A DNA stretch of 64,000 nucleotides, from assembly GCA_017962845.1 (NCBI GenBank), contig JAGCUN010000051.1, positions 43,499 to 107,498 of the forward strand, in the 5' to 3' direction. The notes beneath the pieces are model-generated. The model did no database searches. It had not been told where the DNA came from and saw only the letters and a list, made by a program, of their open reading frames with translations. The stretch comes from Bacteroidales bacterium. GTDB taxonomy: Bacteria > Bacteroidota > Bacteroidia > Bacteroidales > WCHB1-69. Positions within the stretch are counted from its first letter, which is position 1, and each line of letters starts with the position of its first letter. Below, one piece after another: positions 27,648-38,478 of this stretch. A program made the translations under genes and the position numbers.

Positions 27648-28102
27648 TGTTTTTCCTGTTGGCTGATGATGAAGTCGGCCGACTTTTCCATGTAAGGATA
27701 TAACAATGAGTTTTGCGTGACCTTGTCGGTCAGGATGACGTTTTTCACGTCGATGGCCTTTAGTCCGATGAGCAGGAGGCTGCAAAGTACGAGTACTTTG
27801 GCCACTCCCAACACGATACCTAAAATCTTGTCGAGCAGGTCGGGGATGGCGGTGATTTTCTTGGCCAAGAGTCCGCCGAGATAACCGCCGAGCAGCACCC
27901 CACCGAAGATGAGCGCGCAGGCGATGAGCTGGGCTGCGTCGTTGTGAATATATTGAGCGATGCTGTCGGTATAGTGCAGGGCAAGGTAGATGCCGCCGAC
28001 AAGAGCGGCGATGGAGACCACCTCGGTGATGAGGCCGTTCTTGAAGCCTCGGAAGCCCGCCCATATCAAAGGGAAGATGAGGATGAGGTCGAGGGCATTC
28101 AT
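27644..28102 (-). CDS. cvpA: CvpA-family membrane protein
   Basis: 152 aa with four TM helices. N-terminus [23 protein letters not shown]. Confidence 0.8.
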   Translation of the reverse strand: MNALDLILIFPLIWAGFRGFKNGLITEVVSIAALVGGIYLALHYTDSIAQYIHNDAAQLIACALIFGGVLLGGYLGGLLAKKITAIPDLLDKILGIVLGVAKVLVLCSLLLIGLKAIDVKNVILTDKVTQNSLLYPYMEKSADFIISQQEKH

Positions 28103-28105
28103 GAC

Positions 28106-28858
28106 TTAACTCAGATCGCGGATGCGCTGGGTAAGGGGTTGCGCGAAAATGAAGTCGTTGAGTCTCGGATTGTCGGAGGTGAGCACATTGTCCTTGCTTC
28201 CGCGCCACTCGAGGTTGCCCTGATAGATAAAGGAGATGGTCTCGCCGATGGTAATCACCGAGTTGATATCGTGGGTGTTGACCACGGTGGTGATGCCGAA
28301 CTCATGGGTAATTTCGAAGATCAGCTCGTCGATAAGGAGCGAGGTCTTGGGGTCGAGGCCGGAGTTGGGCTCGTCGCAGAAGAGGTAGCGCGGGTTGCAG
28401 GCGATGGCACGGGCGATGGCGGCACGCTTCTTCATACCGCCGCTCAGCTCGGCGGGATACAGGTTGTTGGAACCCTCGAGGTCCACCCGTTTCAGACAGA
28501 AGTTCACCCGTTCCAGCTTCTCGTCGTAGCTCTGGCGGGTGAGCATGGTGAGCGGAAACATCACATTGTCTTGGATGGTCATGGAGTCGAACAGGGCCGC
28601 CCCTTGGAACACCATGCCCATCTCGGTGCGGATATTCTGTTTCTCCTTGTCGGTGAACTTATTGAAATTCCGACCGTTGTACAAAATTTCACCCTCTTCG
28701 GGTGCCAACAGACCGATGAGGTTCTTCATCATCACGGTCTTGCCGGAGCCCGACCGCCCGATGATGAGGTTCACCTTGCCGTCCTCGAAGCGGGTGTTGA
28801 TGCTTTTCAGCACCTGCCGCTCTCCAAAATATTTCGATACATTGATGAGTTCTATCAT
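28106..28858 (-). CDS. ABC transporter ATP-binding protein (MlaF-like)
   Basis: Walker A GRSGSGKT, signature LSGGMKKR and Walker B LFCDEP. Confidence 0.85.
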   Translation of the reverse strand: MIELINVSKYFGERQVLKSINTRFEDGKVNLIIGRSGSGKTVMMKNLIGLLAPEEGEILYNGRNFNKFTDKEKQNIRTEMGMVFQGAALFDSMTIQDNVMFPLTMLTRQSYDEKLERVNFCLKRVDLEGSNNLYPAELSGGMKKRAAIARAIACNPRYLFCDEPNSGLDPKTSLLIDELIFEITHEFGITTVVNTHDINSVITIGETISFIYQGNLEWRGSKDNVLTSDNPRLNDFIFAQPLTQRIRDLS

Positions 28859-28942
28859 GTTTCCCTATCAATTTTATAATTACCATTGACGCGGCAAAGG
28901 TACGGAAATTTTCACTATTTTTGCGCCGCAAAATTTACGATT

Positions 28943-29803
28943 ATGAAAAAATTATCCTTTTTTCTCTTTCTCTTCTTTTTCACATTGTCAGCATTCCCAC
29001 AGTCGCTGCTGTGGAAAGTGACCGGAAAAAACATGCAACAGCCTTCGTACCTGTACGGAAGTATTCACATCCAGGACCAGCGCGTGTTCGCCTTTGACAC
29101 CACCGTGCTCACCGCCCTCTACTCGTGCGACGCCTTCGCCATGGAAATCCTCATGGACGAGATCGACCCGAAAGAGATAAAGGGCTGCACCTACATGCCC
29201 AAAGGCAAACTGTTGTCGGAAATGATGTCGGAAGCTGATTTTCTTAAGCTCGACAGTATTTGCAAGAAAAAGGTGGGCACCACCGCCTACCTGTTCAACG
29301 CCATGAAGCCCTTCTTCGTGATGAGCGCTCTCCAACAATCGGAATTTTCCCAGGATCAGGAAGATGCGTTGGATGTTTTTTTCTTAAAGAAAGCGCGTGA
29401 AGCCAACAAACTATGTTATGGGGTGGAAAAATACCAGACCCAAATAGATGCCATCGATGCCATTTCGCTAAAAGAGCAGGTGGACATGCTGGTGGCCGCC
29501 CTCAATGACACCACCACCCAATCAGGAGAGGATGAGTCAGCAGCCATGCTCGACGCTTACCTGTCGTTCAACCTCGACACCATGATTGTGATGAGCAACG
29601 ACCCCTCCATGCCCAAAAAGTTCAACAAGGTTTTCTTGATTGACCGCAATGTGGGGATGGCGAAGAATTTCGAGAAGATTGCCCTCGAACACAGTCTGTT
29701 CTGCGTGGTGGGAGCTGCCCACCTCGGCGGCGACAAAGGAGTTATCGCCCTCCTCCGAAAGAAAGGCTATACTGTTGAGCCTGTGATGTTTGAGTGGAAA
29801 TAA
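28943..29803 (+). CDS. TraB/GumN-family protein
   Basis: Signal peptide, then LLWKVTGKN...SYLYGSIH, the hallmark of the family. Internal ATG of ORF 28886. Confidence 0.75.
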   Translation: MKKLSFFLFLFFFTLSAFPQSLLWKVTGKNMQQPSYLYGSIHIQDQRVFAFDTTVLTALYSCDAFAMEILMDEIDPKEIKGCTYMPKGKLLSEMMSEADFLKLDSICKKKVGTTAYLFNAMKPFFVMSALQQSEFSQDQEDALDVFFLKKAREANKLCYGVEKYQTQIDAIDAISLKEQVDMLVAALNDTTTQSGEDESAAMLDAYLSFNLDTMIVMSNDPSMPKKFNKVFLIDRNVGMAKNFEKIALEHSLFCVVGAAHLGGDKGVIALLRKKGYTVEPVMFEWK

Positions 29804-29811
29804 AAACCCTC

Positions 29812-30555
29812 TTATAACATAATTGAGGTAATCACCAGGTTCAGCACGAGGATGATGAACGACGACACCACGATGCCGTTCACGTTGGCCTTACCCAGCT
29901 CCAGCGCACCGCCCTCAATGCGATAGCCGAAGAACGAAGAGACCGACGACAGCACAAAGGCAAAGATGGTGGTCTTGGTCATCACATACACAAGGTCGTA
30001 CATGCGGAAATAGGAGGTGAGTCCGTCGTAAAACTCGTAGGGCGACGAGACGTGCGTGACAATAACGGTGATGTAGCCGCCCACAAGGGCGAAGAAGATG
30101 GCGATGATGGTGAGAATCGGGATGACAAAAAGCGCGGCGGTGATCTTGGGCAGAATGAGGAAAGAGGCCGGGTTGATACCCATCACCTCCAGCGCATCAA
30201 TCTGCTCCGTAACCCGCATGCTGCCGATCTCGGAGGTGATTCGCGACCCCAGGTTGCCCACCAGCAGCAACGTGATGATGGTCGGACACAGCTCCATCAC
30301 CACGGAGGTGCGCACCGTGAAACCGAGCGTCCACTTCGGAATCCACGGACTCTCAATCTGTAACGCCGTCTGCGTGGTGATAACGCTACCCATACAGACC
30401 GCCACGATGCACACAATCAGCAACGAGCCAACGCCCATCGCATTCATCTCGTCCACCACCTTGCGGAAAAATTCCGAGGTGCGTGGCGGCTTTGAGAAAA
30501 CCTTCTTTAAGAAGATGAAATACTCGCCTATTGTCTCCAAAAAATTCCTGATCAT
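29812..30555 (-). CDS. MlaE-family ABC transporter permease
   Basis: 247 aa multi-pass membrane protein with a typical MlaE N-terminus and the ITEQIDALEVMG-like motif (VTEQIDALEVMG). Confidence 0.85.
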   Translation of the reverse strand: MIRNFLETIGEYFIFLKKVFSKPPRTSEFFRKVVDEMNAMGVGSLLIVCIVAVCMGSVITTQTALQIESPWIPKWTLGFTVRTSVVMELCPTIITLLLVGNLGSRITSEIGSMRVTEQIDALEVMGINPASFLILPKITAALFVIPILTIIAIFFALVGGYITVIVTHVSSPYEFYDGLTSYFRMYDLVYVMTKTTIFAFVLSSVSSFFGYRIEGGALELGKANVNGIVVSSFIILVLNLVITSIML

Positions 30556-30664
30556 AATCCTACTTTTTGAGTTTGCAAAAGTAAGATTTTTTTGTGATTT
30601 TGCGGCGTTTTGTTTTTTTCAAAAAAAATAAGAAAAAGAGGTGAGCCATCTTAAAAAAATGTTG

Positions 30665-30672
30665 TACTTTTG
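30665..30672 (+). promoter_or_regulatory. Candidate -7 box for rpsO
   Basis: TACTTTTG, 49 nt upstream of the ATG. Confidence 0.5.
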
Positions 30673-30720
30673 CACCCCGAAAAATAAGACGTTAGAAAAT
30701 TTTAAAAAGAGAAGAAAATT

Positions 30721-30990
30721 ATGTATTTGACATCTGAAGTAAAGAAAGACATCTTCAAAGAAAACGGTAAGAACGAGTTCGATTCCGGCTCACCGGAAAG
30801 CCAGGTTGCTCTGTTCACCTACAGAATCAAGCACCTCACCGAACACATGAAAGAGAACCACAAAGACCTCGGCACCAAGCGCGCACTGATGCAGCTCGTG
30901 GGTAAGAGAAAGAAAATGCTCGCCTATCTGAAAGAGCAGGACATCGAGCGCTACAGAGCTATTGTGAAGAAATTAGGTTTGAGAAAATAA
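30721..30990 (+). CDS. rpsO: 30S ribosomal protein S15
   Basis: 89 aa with typical S15 sequence. Followed by a hairpin terminator and then pnp. Confidence 0.95.
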   Translation: MYLTSEVKKDIFKENGKNEFDSGSPESQVALFTYRIKHLTEHMKENHKDLGTKRALMQLVGKRKKMLAYLKEQDIERYRAIVKKLGLRK

Positions 30991-31003
30991 TCTCCAACGC
31001 TTC

Positions 31004-31037
31004 AAAAAAAGGCAATTCCTGCAATTGCCTTTTTTTG
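31004..31037 (+). terminator. rpsO intrinsic terminator/attenuator before pnp
   Basis: A-run, then AGGCAATT-cctgc-AATTGCCT, then a T-run. Confidence 0.7.
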
Positions 31038-31130
31038 AATCACGAACTTTTCATTCAAAAAGCAATCACTGCTGTGGACTCATCCTACCCGCACGGCGTG
31101 GTTGTTTTGTAATTATTAAAACGTAAAATT

Positions 31131-33380
31131 ATGTATAATTCCAATAAACCCTTAGGAGCTCGGCAAACCTTCCAGCTCCCCGATGGCCGCGACGTGACCA
31201 TCGAAACCGGCATCCTCGCCAAGCAGGCCGACGGATCCGCAGTGGTGAGAATGGGCGACACCATGTTGCTCGCCACCGTCTGCTGCAAAAAAGACGCAGT
31301 GGAAAACACCGACTTCATGCCTTTGCAGGTCGAATATCAGGAGAAATACGGCGCCGTGGGTCGCTTCCCCGGCGGTTTCTTCAAACGCGAAGGCCGCCCC
31401 AGCGAGTATGAGATCCTCATCGCCCGCCTCGTGGACCGCGCCCTCCGTCCGCTTTTCCCCGACAACTTCCACGCTGAGACCCAGGTGCTCGTCACCCTCA
31501 TCTCCGGCGACCGCAACAACCTGCCCGACGCCCTCGCAGGCCTCGCAGCTTCTACCGCCCTCGCCGTTTCCAACATCCCGTGGGAAGGCCCCATCTCCGA
31601 AGTGCGCGTAGGCCGCGTGGATGGCAAGATGGTCATCAACCCCACCGTGGAAGATATGGAACGCTCCGACATCGACATGATCGTGGCCGCTACCATCGAC
31701 AACATCATGATGGTGGAAGGTGAGATGAAGGAAATCTCCGAAGCCGATATGGTGGAGGCCCTCAACGCCGCCCATGCCGCCATCAAGGTGCAGTGCCAGG
31801 CTCAGCTCGACCTCGCCGCCCAGGTGGAAAAAGCCAACCCGAAACGCGAATACTGCCACGAGACCAACGACGAAGAGCTCCGCGAGCGCGTCAACCGCGA
31901 AACTTACGACAAGGTTTACGCCATCGCCAAATCGTTCATGGGCAAACATGAGCGCAACGACGCTTTCGACCAAATCTTCGACGAGTTCATGCAAACCATT
32001 CCCGAAGAGGAACGCGAAGAAAAGAAATACATGGTGGCCCGCTACTACCACGACGTGCAGTACCACGCCATGCGTAATATGATTCTGGATGAGCGCATCC
32101 GTCTCGACGGCCGCCAGCTCGACCAGATCCGTCCCATCTGGATTGAGACCGGCTACCTGCCGTCAGCTCACGGCTCCGCCATCTTCACCCGCGGTGAAAC
32201 CCAGTCGCTGATGTCCTGCACCCTCGGCACCAAGCTCGACGAGCAGACCATCGACGGCGCCATCGTGGAAGGCAGCAGCCGCTTCATCCTCCACTACAAC
32301 TTCCCGCCCTTCTCTGTCGGCGAGGTGAAGCCCATCCGCAGCACCGGCCGCCGCGAGATCGGTCACGGCAACCTGGCCCATCGCGCCCTCAAGCCGATGA
32401 TCCCCTTCGACGATCCGACCTTCCCCTACACTGTCCGCCTCGTGAGCGACATCCTCGAGTCGAACGGAAGCTCCTCCATGGCTACCGTCTGCGCCGGCAC
32501 CCTCGCCCTGTACGACTGCGGTGTGAAGATGAAAAAACCGGTCGCAGGTATCGCTATGGGTTTGATTACCGATGAGAAAACGGGTAACTACGCCATCCTC
32601 TCCGACATTCTCGGCGATGAGGACCACCTCGGCGACATGGACTTCAAGGTGTGCGGTACCGCTGATGGTATCACCGCCTGCCAGATGGACATCAAGGTCA
32701 ACGGCCTCTCTTCCGAGACGATGGCACAGGCTCTTGAGCAGGCCCGTCAAGGCCGTCTATATATTCTCGACAAGATGCACCAGGCCATTCCGGAGCCGCG
32801 CGAAGACTACCGTCCGTTCGTTCCGCGTATCGTTCAGATGCAGATTCCGCGCGAGTTCATCGGCGCGGTCATCGGACCTGGCGGCAAAGTTATCCAAGAG
32901 ATGCAGCGTGAGACCAACACCGTCATCAATATCGAGGAGGTGGGCGACTTCGGCATTATCGACATCGCCGCCGCCAATGTGGACGACATCAACGCCGCTA
33001 TGGAGCGCATCAAGCTCATCACGGCAGTTCCGGAAGAGGGCAAGGTGTATGAAGGTCCTGTGAAGAGCATCCTCGAGTTCGGTGCCTTCATCGAGATTCT
33101 GCCCGGCAAGGACGGTCTGATGCACATTTCCGAGTACGACTGGAAGCGTGTGGACAACCTCGAGAACTACCTCAAGGTGGGTGACATCGTGCAGGTGAAG
33201 CTCATCGGCATTGAGGAGAAGACCGGCAAGCTGAAGTTGTCGCGTCGCGCCCTGCTGCCGAAGCCGGAAGGCTACAAGGAGCCCGAAGCCCGTCCGCGTG
33301 GACCCCGCCGCGAAGGTGGTGCTGGTCCCCGTCGTGAAGGCGGCCACGGTCCGCGCCGCGAGGGTGGTCCCCGCCGCTAA
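31131..33380 (+). CDS. pnp: Polyribonucleotide nucleotidyltransferase (PNPase) with an Arg/Gly-rich repeat tail
   Basis: Two RNase PH domains, KH and S1. The C-terminus carries three GPRREGG units. Confidence 0.95.
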   Translation: MYNSNKPLGARQTFQLPDGRDVTIETGILAKQADGSAVVRMGDTMLLATVCCKKDAVENTDFMPLQVEYQEKYGAVGRFPGGFFKREGRPSEYEILIARLVDRALRPLFPDNFHAETQVLVTLISGDRNNLPDALAGLAASTALAVSNIPWEGPISEVRVGRVDGKMVINPTVEDMERSDIDMIVAATIDNIMMVEGEMKEISEADMVEALNAAHAAIKVQCQAQLDLAAQVEKANPKREYCHETNDEELRERVNRETYDKVYAIAKSFMGKHERNDAFDQIFDEFMQTIPEEEREEKKYMVARYYHDVQYHAMRNMILDERIRLDGRQLDQIRPIWIETGYLPSAHGSAIFTRGETQSLMSCTLGTKLDEQTIDGAIVEGSSRFILHYNFPPFSVGEVKPIRSTGRREIGHGNLAHRALKPMIPFDDPTFPYTVRLVSDILESNGSSSMATVCAGTLALYDCGVKMKKPVAGIAMGLITDEKTGNYAILSDILGDEDHLGDMDFKVCGTADGITACQMDIKVNGLSSETMAQALEQARQGRLYILDKMHQAIPEPREDYRPFVPRIVQMQIPREFIGAVIGPGGKVIQEMQRETNTVINIEEVGDFGIIDIAAANVDDINAAMERIKLITAVPEEGKVYEGPVKSILEFGAFIEILPGKDGLMHISEYDWKRVDNLENYLKVGDIVQVKLIGIEEKTGKLKLSRRALLPKPEGYKEPEARPRGPRREGGAGPRREGGHGPRREGGPRR

Positions 33381-33410
33381 TCATTAGAAACTATCTCATT
33401 AATAGATACG

Positions 33411-33444
33411 AAAAAAGCACCGGCTGACTGTCGGTGCTTTTTTT
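33411..33444. terminator. Bidirectional terminator between convergent pnp and clpB
   Basis: aaaaaAGCACCG-gctgactgt-CGGTGCTttttttt. Confidence 0.7.
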
Positions 33445-33474
33445 ATGAAGAGTAGTGGCGTCTCCCCTACCCTC

Positions 33475-36078
33475 TCACTTCTCTTTGTTGAAGAACACAA
33501 ACTGGCCGTCATCGAGCGAGTCCACCGTGATGACGCCGTCCTTCTGGACGTTGCCTTCGAGGATGAACTTGGAGAGCTCGTTGAGCACGTTGCGCTGGAT
33601 GACTCGTTTCAGCGGACGGGCGCCGTACATCGGCTCGTAGCCCATCTCCACCAGCTGGTCGAGCGCGTACTTGGTGAACTCCACCTGCAGGTTCTGCTGC
33701 GCCAGCAGTTTGTTGAGGTTGTCGATCTGCATGTTCACGATGCTGCGGATCTCGCGTTTCGACAGCGGCTGGAACATCACAATCTCATCGATACGGTTGA
33801 CGAACTCCGGACGCAAGGTCTTCTTCAGCAGGGCCATCACCTCCGCTTTGGTACGCTCGAAAAGCGCCTCGTTGCTCTCGTTGCCGGCTTCGGCGTAGTT
33901 GTTCTGGATGATGTCGGAGCCGAGGTTGGACGTCATGATGATGATGGTGTTTTTGAAGTCGGCGACACGTCCCTTGTTGTCGGTGAGCCGCCCGTCATCC
34001 AACACTTGCAGCAAGATGTTGAACACGTCGGGATGCGCCTTCTCGATTTCGTCGAACAGTACCACGGAGTAAGGGCGGCGGCGGATCTTGTCGGTCAGCT
34101 CGCCACCTTCATCGTAGCCCACGTATCCCGGAGGCGCTCCGATGAGACGGCTGACGGAGAATTTCTCCTGAAATTCGCTCATATCGAACCTCACGATGGC
34201 ATCCTCGGTGTTGAACAGATATTCTGCCAATGCCTTGGCCAGCTCGGTCTTACCCACGCCGGTCGTACCCATGAAGATGAACGAACCGATCGGTTTCTTG
34301 CTGTCCTGCAGGCCGGCACGGCTCCGGCGGATGGCGTCGGCGATGGCGCTGATGGCCTCGTCTTGCCCCACCACACGCTTGTGCAGCTCCTCTTCGAGAT
34401 GCAGCAGTTTCGATTTCTCGCTCTGCATCATCTTGCTGACCGGTATGCCCGTCCAGCGCGACACCACATCGGCGATGTCGTCTTCGCCCACCTCCTCATC
34501 TATCATGGCCTTGTCGCCCTGCACGGAGGTAAGCTCCTGCTGGAGTTTTTGGATGTCGTTCTCGGCGTTCTTGATGAGTCCGTAGCGCAGCTCGGCCACA
34601 CGGCCGTAGTTGCCCTGCCGCTCCTCGTTGGCGGCCTCCAGCTTATAATCCTCAATGAGTTTTTTGTTCTGCTGGATCTTGTCCACGATGTCTTTCTCGG
34701 CGCGCCACTTGGTTTCCAAGGAGTTGCGCTGCTCCTGCAGTTCAGAGATGGTCTTGGAGAGTGCAGAGACTTTCTCAGGCGAGTTTTCGCGTTTGATGGC
34801 CTCGCGCTCAATCTCCAACTGGCGGATTTTACGCTCAATCTCATCCAGCTCTTCCGGCTTGGAATTGATTTCGAGTTTCAGCTTCGAGGCGGCCTCGTCG
34901 ATCAGGTCGATGGCCTTGTCGGGCAGGAAACGGTCGGTGATGTAGCGCTGCGACAGCTCCACGGCGGCGATGAGGGCGTCGTCCATGATTCTCACATGGT
35001 GGTGATTTTCATAGCGTTCCTTCAGTCCACGCAGGATAGAGATGGCCGAATATTTGTCGGGTTCGGCGATGAGCACGGGCTGGAAACGACGCTCGAGGGC
35101 CTTATCCTTCTCGAAGTACTTCTGATACTCGTTGAGGGTGGTGGCACCGATGGAGCGCAGCTCGCCACGGGCGAGGGCGGGTTTCAGGATGTTGGCGGCG
35201 TCCATGGCGCCCTCGCCCGATGCGCCGGCACCCACCAACGTGTGAATCTCATCAATGAAGAGGATGATTTCGCCGTTGGAGTCAATCACCTCCTTGATGA
35301 CGCTCTTCAAACGTTCCTCAAATTCGCCCTTGTATTTGGCACCAGCCACCAGCGCACCCATGTCCAATGAGTACAACTGTTTGGTTTTCAGGTTCTCGGG
35401 AATATCGCCGCTGACCAAACGGTGGGCCAACCCCTCCACGATGGCGGTTTTGCCCACGCCGGCCTCACCAATCAGAATCGGGTTGTTTTTGGTACGGCGG
35501 GAGAGGATTTGCAGCACACGGCGGATCTCTTCGTCACGGCCAATCACGGGGTCGAGTTTGCCTTTTCGGGCCGCTTCGTTGAGGTTGGTGGCGTACTTGT
35601 TGAGGGCGTTGTATGTCTCTTCGCTGTCTTGCGAGGTCACCTTAGAGCCCTTCCGCAGGTCGGTGATGGCCTGTTTGGTGCCCTTCTCGGTAACGCCGGC
35701 ATCTTTGAGGGCGCGCGACATGTTGTCGCCAGCCATCAGGATGCCGTAGAAGAAATGCTCCAGCGACACGAACTCGTCGCCCTGCTCCTGTGCGAAGACG
35801 ATAGCCTTCTGCAAGGCCGCCTGCGCACCGTTCGACAGATATATGTTGCCGCCCGACACCTTCGGCAGACTCTTGATCTCCCTTTCGGTGGCCTGTGCGA
35901 TGATTTTAGGATCTACATCCTGTTTTTTCAGCAGGAACGAGATGATATTTTCGTCGGTTTCCATCATCGCTTTGAGAATATGTGACGTATCGATCTGCTG
36001 CTGCTGGTTGCTGGAGGCGATCATTTGTGCCTTCGCAATCGATTCTTGTGATTTAATGGTAAGATTGTTCAAGTTCAT
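33475..36078 (-). CDS. clpB: ATP-dependent chaperone ClpB
   Basis: Internal ATG at 36078 ([12 protein letters not shown]). Two AAA+ modules and a coiled-coil middle domain. Confidence 0.95.
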   Translation of the reverse strand: MNLNNLTIKSQESIAKAQMIASSNQQQQIDTSHILKAMMETDENIISFLLKKQDVDPKIIAQATEREIKSLPKVSGGNIYLSNGAQAALQKAIVFAQEQGDEFVSLEHFFYGILMAGDNMSRALKDAGVTEKGTKQAITDLRKGSKVTSQDSEETYNALNKYATNLNEAARKGKLDPVIGRDEEIRRVLQILSRRTKNNPILIGEAGVGKTAIVEGLAHRLVSGDIPENLKTKQLYSLDMGALVAGAKYKGEFEERLKSVIKEVIDSNGEIILFIDEIHTLVGAGASGEGAMDAANILKPALARGELRSIGATTLNEYQKYFEKDKALERRFQPVLIAEPDKYSAISILRGLKERYENHHHVRIMDDALIAAVELSQRYITDRFLPDKAIDLIDEAASKLKLEINSKPEELDEIERKIRQLEIEREAIKRENSPEKVSALSKTISELQEQRNSLETKWRAEKDIVDKIQQNKKLIEDYKLEAANEERQGNYGRVAELRYGLIKNAENDIQKLQQELTSVQGDKAMIDEEVGEDDIADVVSRWTGIPVSKMMQSEKSKLLHLEEELHKRVVGQDEAISAIADAIRRSRAGLQDSKKPIGSFIFMGTTGVGKTELAKALAEYLFNTEDAIVRFDMSEFQEKFSVSRLIGAPPGYVGYDEGGELTDKIRRRPYSVVLFDEIEKAHPDVFNILLQVLDDGRLTDNKGRVADFKNTIIIMTSNLGSDIIQNNYAEAGNESNEALFERTKAEVMALLKKTLRPEFVNRIDEIVMFQPLSKREIRSIVNMQIDNLNKLLAQQNLQVEFTKYALDQLVEMGYEPMYGARPLKRVIQRNVLNELSKFILEGNVQKDGVITVDSLDDGQFVFFNKEK

Positions 36079-36199
36079 AGCGATAAAAATTTTTGTTTGA
36101 CAGTGCCTTATTATGCAACAACTTTGCCAAAATGCAAAATCTGACAAAATGTCATACTATAATTTTTTCAAAAAATGATGAAGAATGAAAAAAATCCCG

Positions 36200-36207
36200 T
36201 AAATTTG
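36200..36207 (+). promoter_or_regulatory. Candidate -7 box for pyrH
   Basis: TAAATTTG, 17 nt upstream of ATG 36224. Confidence 0.45.
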
Positions 36208-36223
36208 CGGCCAAATTTTGAAT

Positions 36224-36934
36224 ATGAAATACAATCGTATATTGTTGAAATTAAGCGGTGAATCGCTGATGGGTGACGACGGTTACGGAATCAACTACGG
36301 GGCTGTGAGTCATTTTGCCAGCGAAATCGAGTCGGCAGTGACCGCCGGCGTGCAGGTGGGCGTAGTCATCGGCGGGGGCAACATCTTCCGCGGGGTGAAC
36401 GGTGCCACCAAGGGGTTCGACCGCCGGCAGGGCGACCACATGGGCATGCTCGCCACCATCATCAACGCCATGGCATTGCAGGGTGTTTTGGAGGAGAAAG
36501 GTGTGAAAGTCAAGGTGTTGACCGCAATGGACATCGAAGGGATGGGCGAGAAGATCTATTTCAAAAATGCAGTTCGCTATCTTGATGAGGGTTATGTGGT
36601 GATTTTCGGTGGGGGCACGGGCAATCCCTTCTTCACTACCGATACCGGTGCGGCGCTCCGTGCGGTGGAAATCAAAGCCGACCTGTTGCTCAAGGGCACC
36701 CGCGTGGATGGCATCTACACCGCCGACCCCGAAAAGGACCCCACGGCCACCAAGTTTGCCAACATCACCTACGCCGAAGCCTACGAAAAACATCTCAAAA
36801 TCATGGACCTCACCGCCTTCACGCTCTGTCAGGACAACAACATGAAGCTCTATGTCTATGATGCCAACACCCCCGGCAACCTCTTGAAGGTACTGAGCGG
36901 CGAACCCATTGGAACATTTGTCAGCAACCAATAA
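36224..36934 (+). CDS. pyrH: UMP kinase
   Basis: MKYNRILLKLSGE...GGGNIFRG motifs. ATG 36224 is preferred over the TTG at 36218. Confidence 0.95.
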   Translation: MKYNRILLKLSGESLMGDDGYGINYGAVSHFASEIESAVTAGVQVGVVIGGGNIFRGVNGATKGFDRRQGDHMGMLATIINAMALQGVLEEKGVKVKVLTAMDIEGMGEKIYFKNAVRYLDEGYVVIFGGGTGNPFFTTDTGAALRAVEIKADLLLKGTRVDGIYTADPEKDPTATKFANITYAEAYEKHLKIMDLTAFTLCQDNNMKLYVYDANTPGNLLKVLSGEPIGTFVSNQ

Positions 36935-36945
36935 AATTTTATATT

Positions 36946-37329
36946 ATGGCAGAAAACAACAATTTAATCGATCCTCAGATTTATAAAAAAGCGAACCAGA
37001 GATCGCATTTCAAATTCCACTTGGCCATCTATGTATTGGCCATGCTGGTGATTTGGATTCTTTACATCTTTCTTTTCAGAGCGACCGCTCCTGATGCGAG
37101 TGTAGTGGATACCGCCAAAGATGTCATCAACCAGGGTATGACCTTCCTGAAGTTCTCGGTGCTGGTGACCGCATTATGGACGGTCATCGTGGTTTTCCAC
37201 GGCCTGTTCGTCTATAAGTTCAACAGCTCGATGCTGGAGAAAGAGATCAAGGCATTGGAAAAAGAGATCAAGGAACAGGAAGAGAAGAAACGCGAGTTGT
37301 TGGCCAAGAGAAACAATTCTGAAAACTAA
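36946..37329 (+). CDS. 2TM-domain membrane protein with a C-terminal coiled coil
   Basis: FKFHLAIYVLAMLVIWIL and a second TM helix, then EKEIKALEKEIKEQEEKK. Sits between pyrH and frr. Confidence 0.6.
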   Translation: MAENNNLIDPQIYKKANQRSHFKFHLAIYVLAMLVIWILYIFLFRATAPDASVVDTAKDVINQGMTFLKFSVLVTALWTVIVVFHGLFVYKFNSSMLEKEIKALEKEIKEQEEKKRELLAKRNNSEN

Positions 37330-37343
37330 TAGATATTATTCCC

Positions 37344-37907
37344 ATGAGCGAAGAAACGAAAAAATGCCTTGACCAGGCAAAAGAGAGCATGAACGGCGCG
37401 ATTGTGGCGTTCGACAAAGATTTACAGAAAGTGCGCGCCGGCAAGGCCAACCCGCAGATGCTGGAGGGCTTGAAGGTGGATTATTATGGCAATCCGACAC
37501 CTGTGGAGCAGGTAGGCAACATCAGCACGCCTGACGCCCGCCAGATTGTCATCCAGCCGTGGGAACGCAACATGCTCCCCATCATCGAGAAGGCTATCTT
37601 GGCCGCCAACCTCGGCTTCACCCCGCAGAACAATGGCGAGTTTATCCGTATTGTGGTGCCCGCCATCACCGAGGAACGCCGTAAAGAGCTGGTAAAGAAG
37701 GTGAAACAAGAAACCGAGCAGCACAAGGTGACCATCCGCAACATCCGCCGCACCGCCAACGACAACGCCAAAAAGCTGAAAGACAATGGCACTCCAGAGG
37801 ATGAGGTGAAGAAATTAGAGGCTGACATTCAAAAACTTACCGACGACTCCATCGCTAAAATCGACAAGATGGCCGAGATGAAGGAGAAAGAGATTATGAC
37901 CGTTTAA
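37344..37907 (+). CDS. frr: Ribosome recycling factor
   Basis: 187 aa with typical RRF sequence (RAGKANPQMLEG...). Confidence 0.95.
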   Translation: MSEETKKCLDQAKESMNGAIVAFDKDLQKVRAGKANPQMLEGLKVDYYGNPTPVEQVGNISTPDARQIVIQPWERNMLPIIEKAILAANLGFTPQNNGEFIRIVVPAITEERRKELVKKVKQETEQHKVTIRNIRRTANDNAKKLKDNGTPEDEVKKLEADIQKLTDDSIAKIDKMAEMKEKEIMTV

Positions 37908-37942
37908 TTATCATTATTAATAATTCTTAAAAATCAAACATT

Positions 37943-38317
37943 ATGATTCCCGAAAATCTGAAGTATTCCAACGACCACGAATGGCTGAAAATGGATGGCG
38001 AATTCGCATACGTAGGCATCACCGCTTACGCTGCTGAGCAGCTGGGCGACATCGTATTTGTAGATGTCACCACCGTTGACGAGACCCTCGAGCAGAACGA
38101 AGTGTTCGGCTCCATCGAAGCAGTGAAGACCGTTTCCGACCTGATGCTCCCCATCGGTGGCGAAGTGGTGGAGTTCAACGAAGAACTGGAAGGCAACCCG
38201 GCTCTCATCAACACCGATCCTTACGGAGAAGGCTGGATTGTGAAAATCAAACCCACCAACCCCGCCGAGGCCGACACCCTGTTGGATGCAGCTGCTTACG
38301 CTGACCTTATCAAATAA
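37943..38317 (+). CDS. gcvH: Glycine cleavage system H protein
   Basis: 124 aa with the lipoyl-lysine motif SIEAVKTVSD. Confidence 0.9.
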   Translation: MIPENLKYSNDHEWLKMDGEFAYVGITAYAAEQLGDIVFVDVTTVDETLEQNEVFGSIEAVKTVSDLMLPIGGEVVEFNEELEGNPALINTDPYGEGWIVKIKPTNPAEADTLLDAAAYADLIK

Positions 38318-38341
38318 TAATATTGTATTTGAATTCCAGTT

Positions 38342-38374
38342 AAAGGACACGCCGCAAGGTGTGTCCTTTTTTTT
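38342..38374 (+). terminator. gcvH intrinsic terminator
   Basis: GGACACGCC-gcaa-GGTGTGTCC followed by eight T. Confidence 0.7.
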
Positions 38375-38478
38375 GTGGGAAATATCGTTGAATTTTTTTT
38401 GCAAATTGTGTTCAGCAATTGATTTTTTTTATAATTTTGCAGCGTGAAAACTTATTTATTAACCAAAAAGTAATAATT

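Noticed and set aside
33445-35370. 641-aa ORF on the + strand
   Set aside because: It lies entirely antisense to clpB, which has unmistakable AAA+ motifs. It is a typical shadow ORF of a GC-rich gene, with low-complexity L/V/G/H-rich translation.
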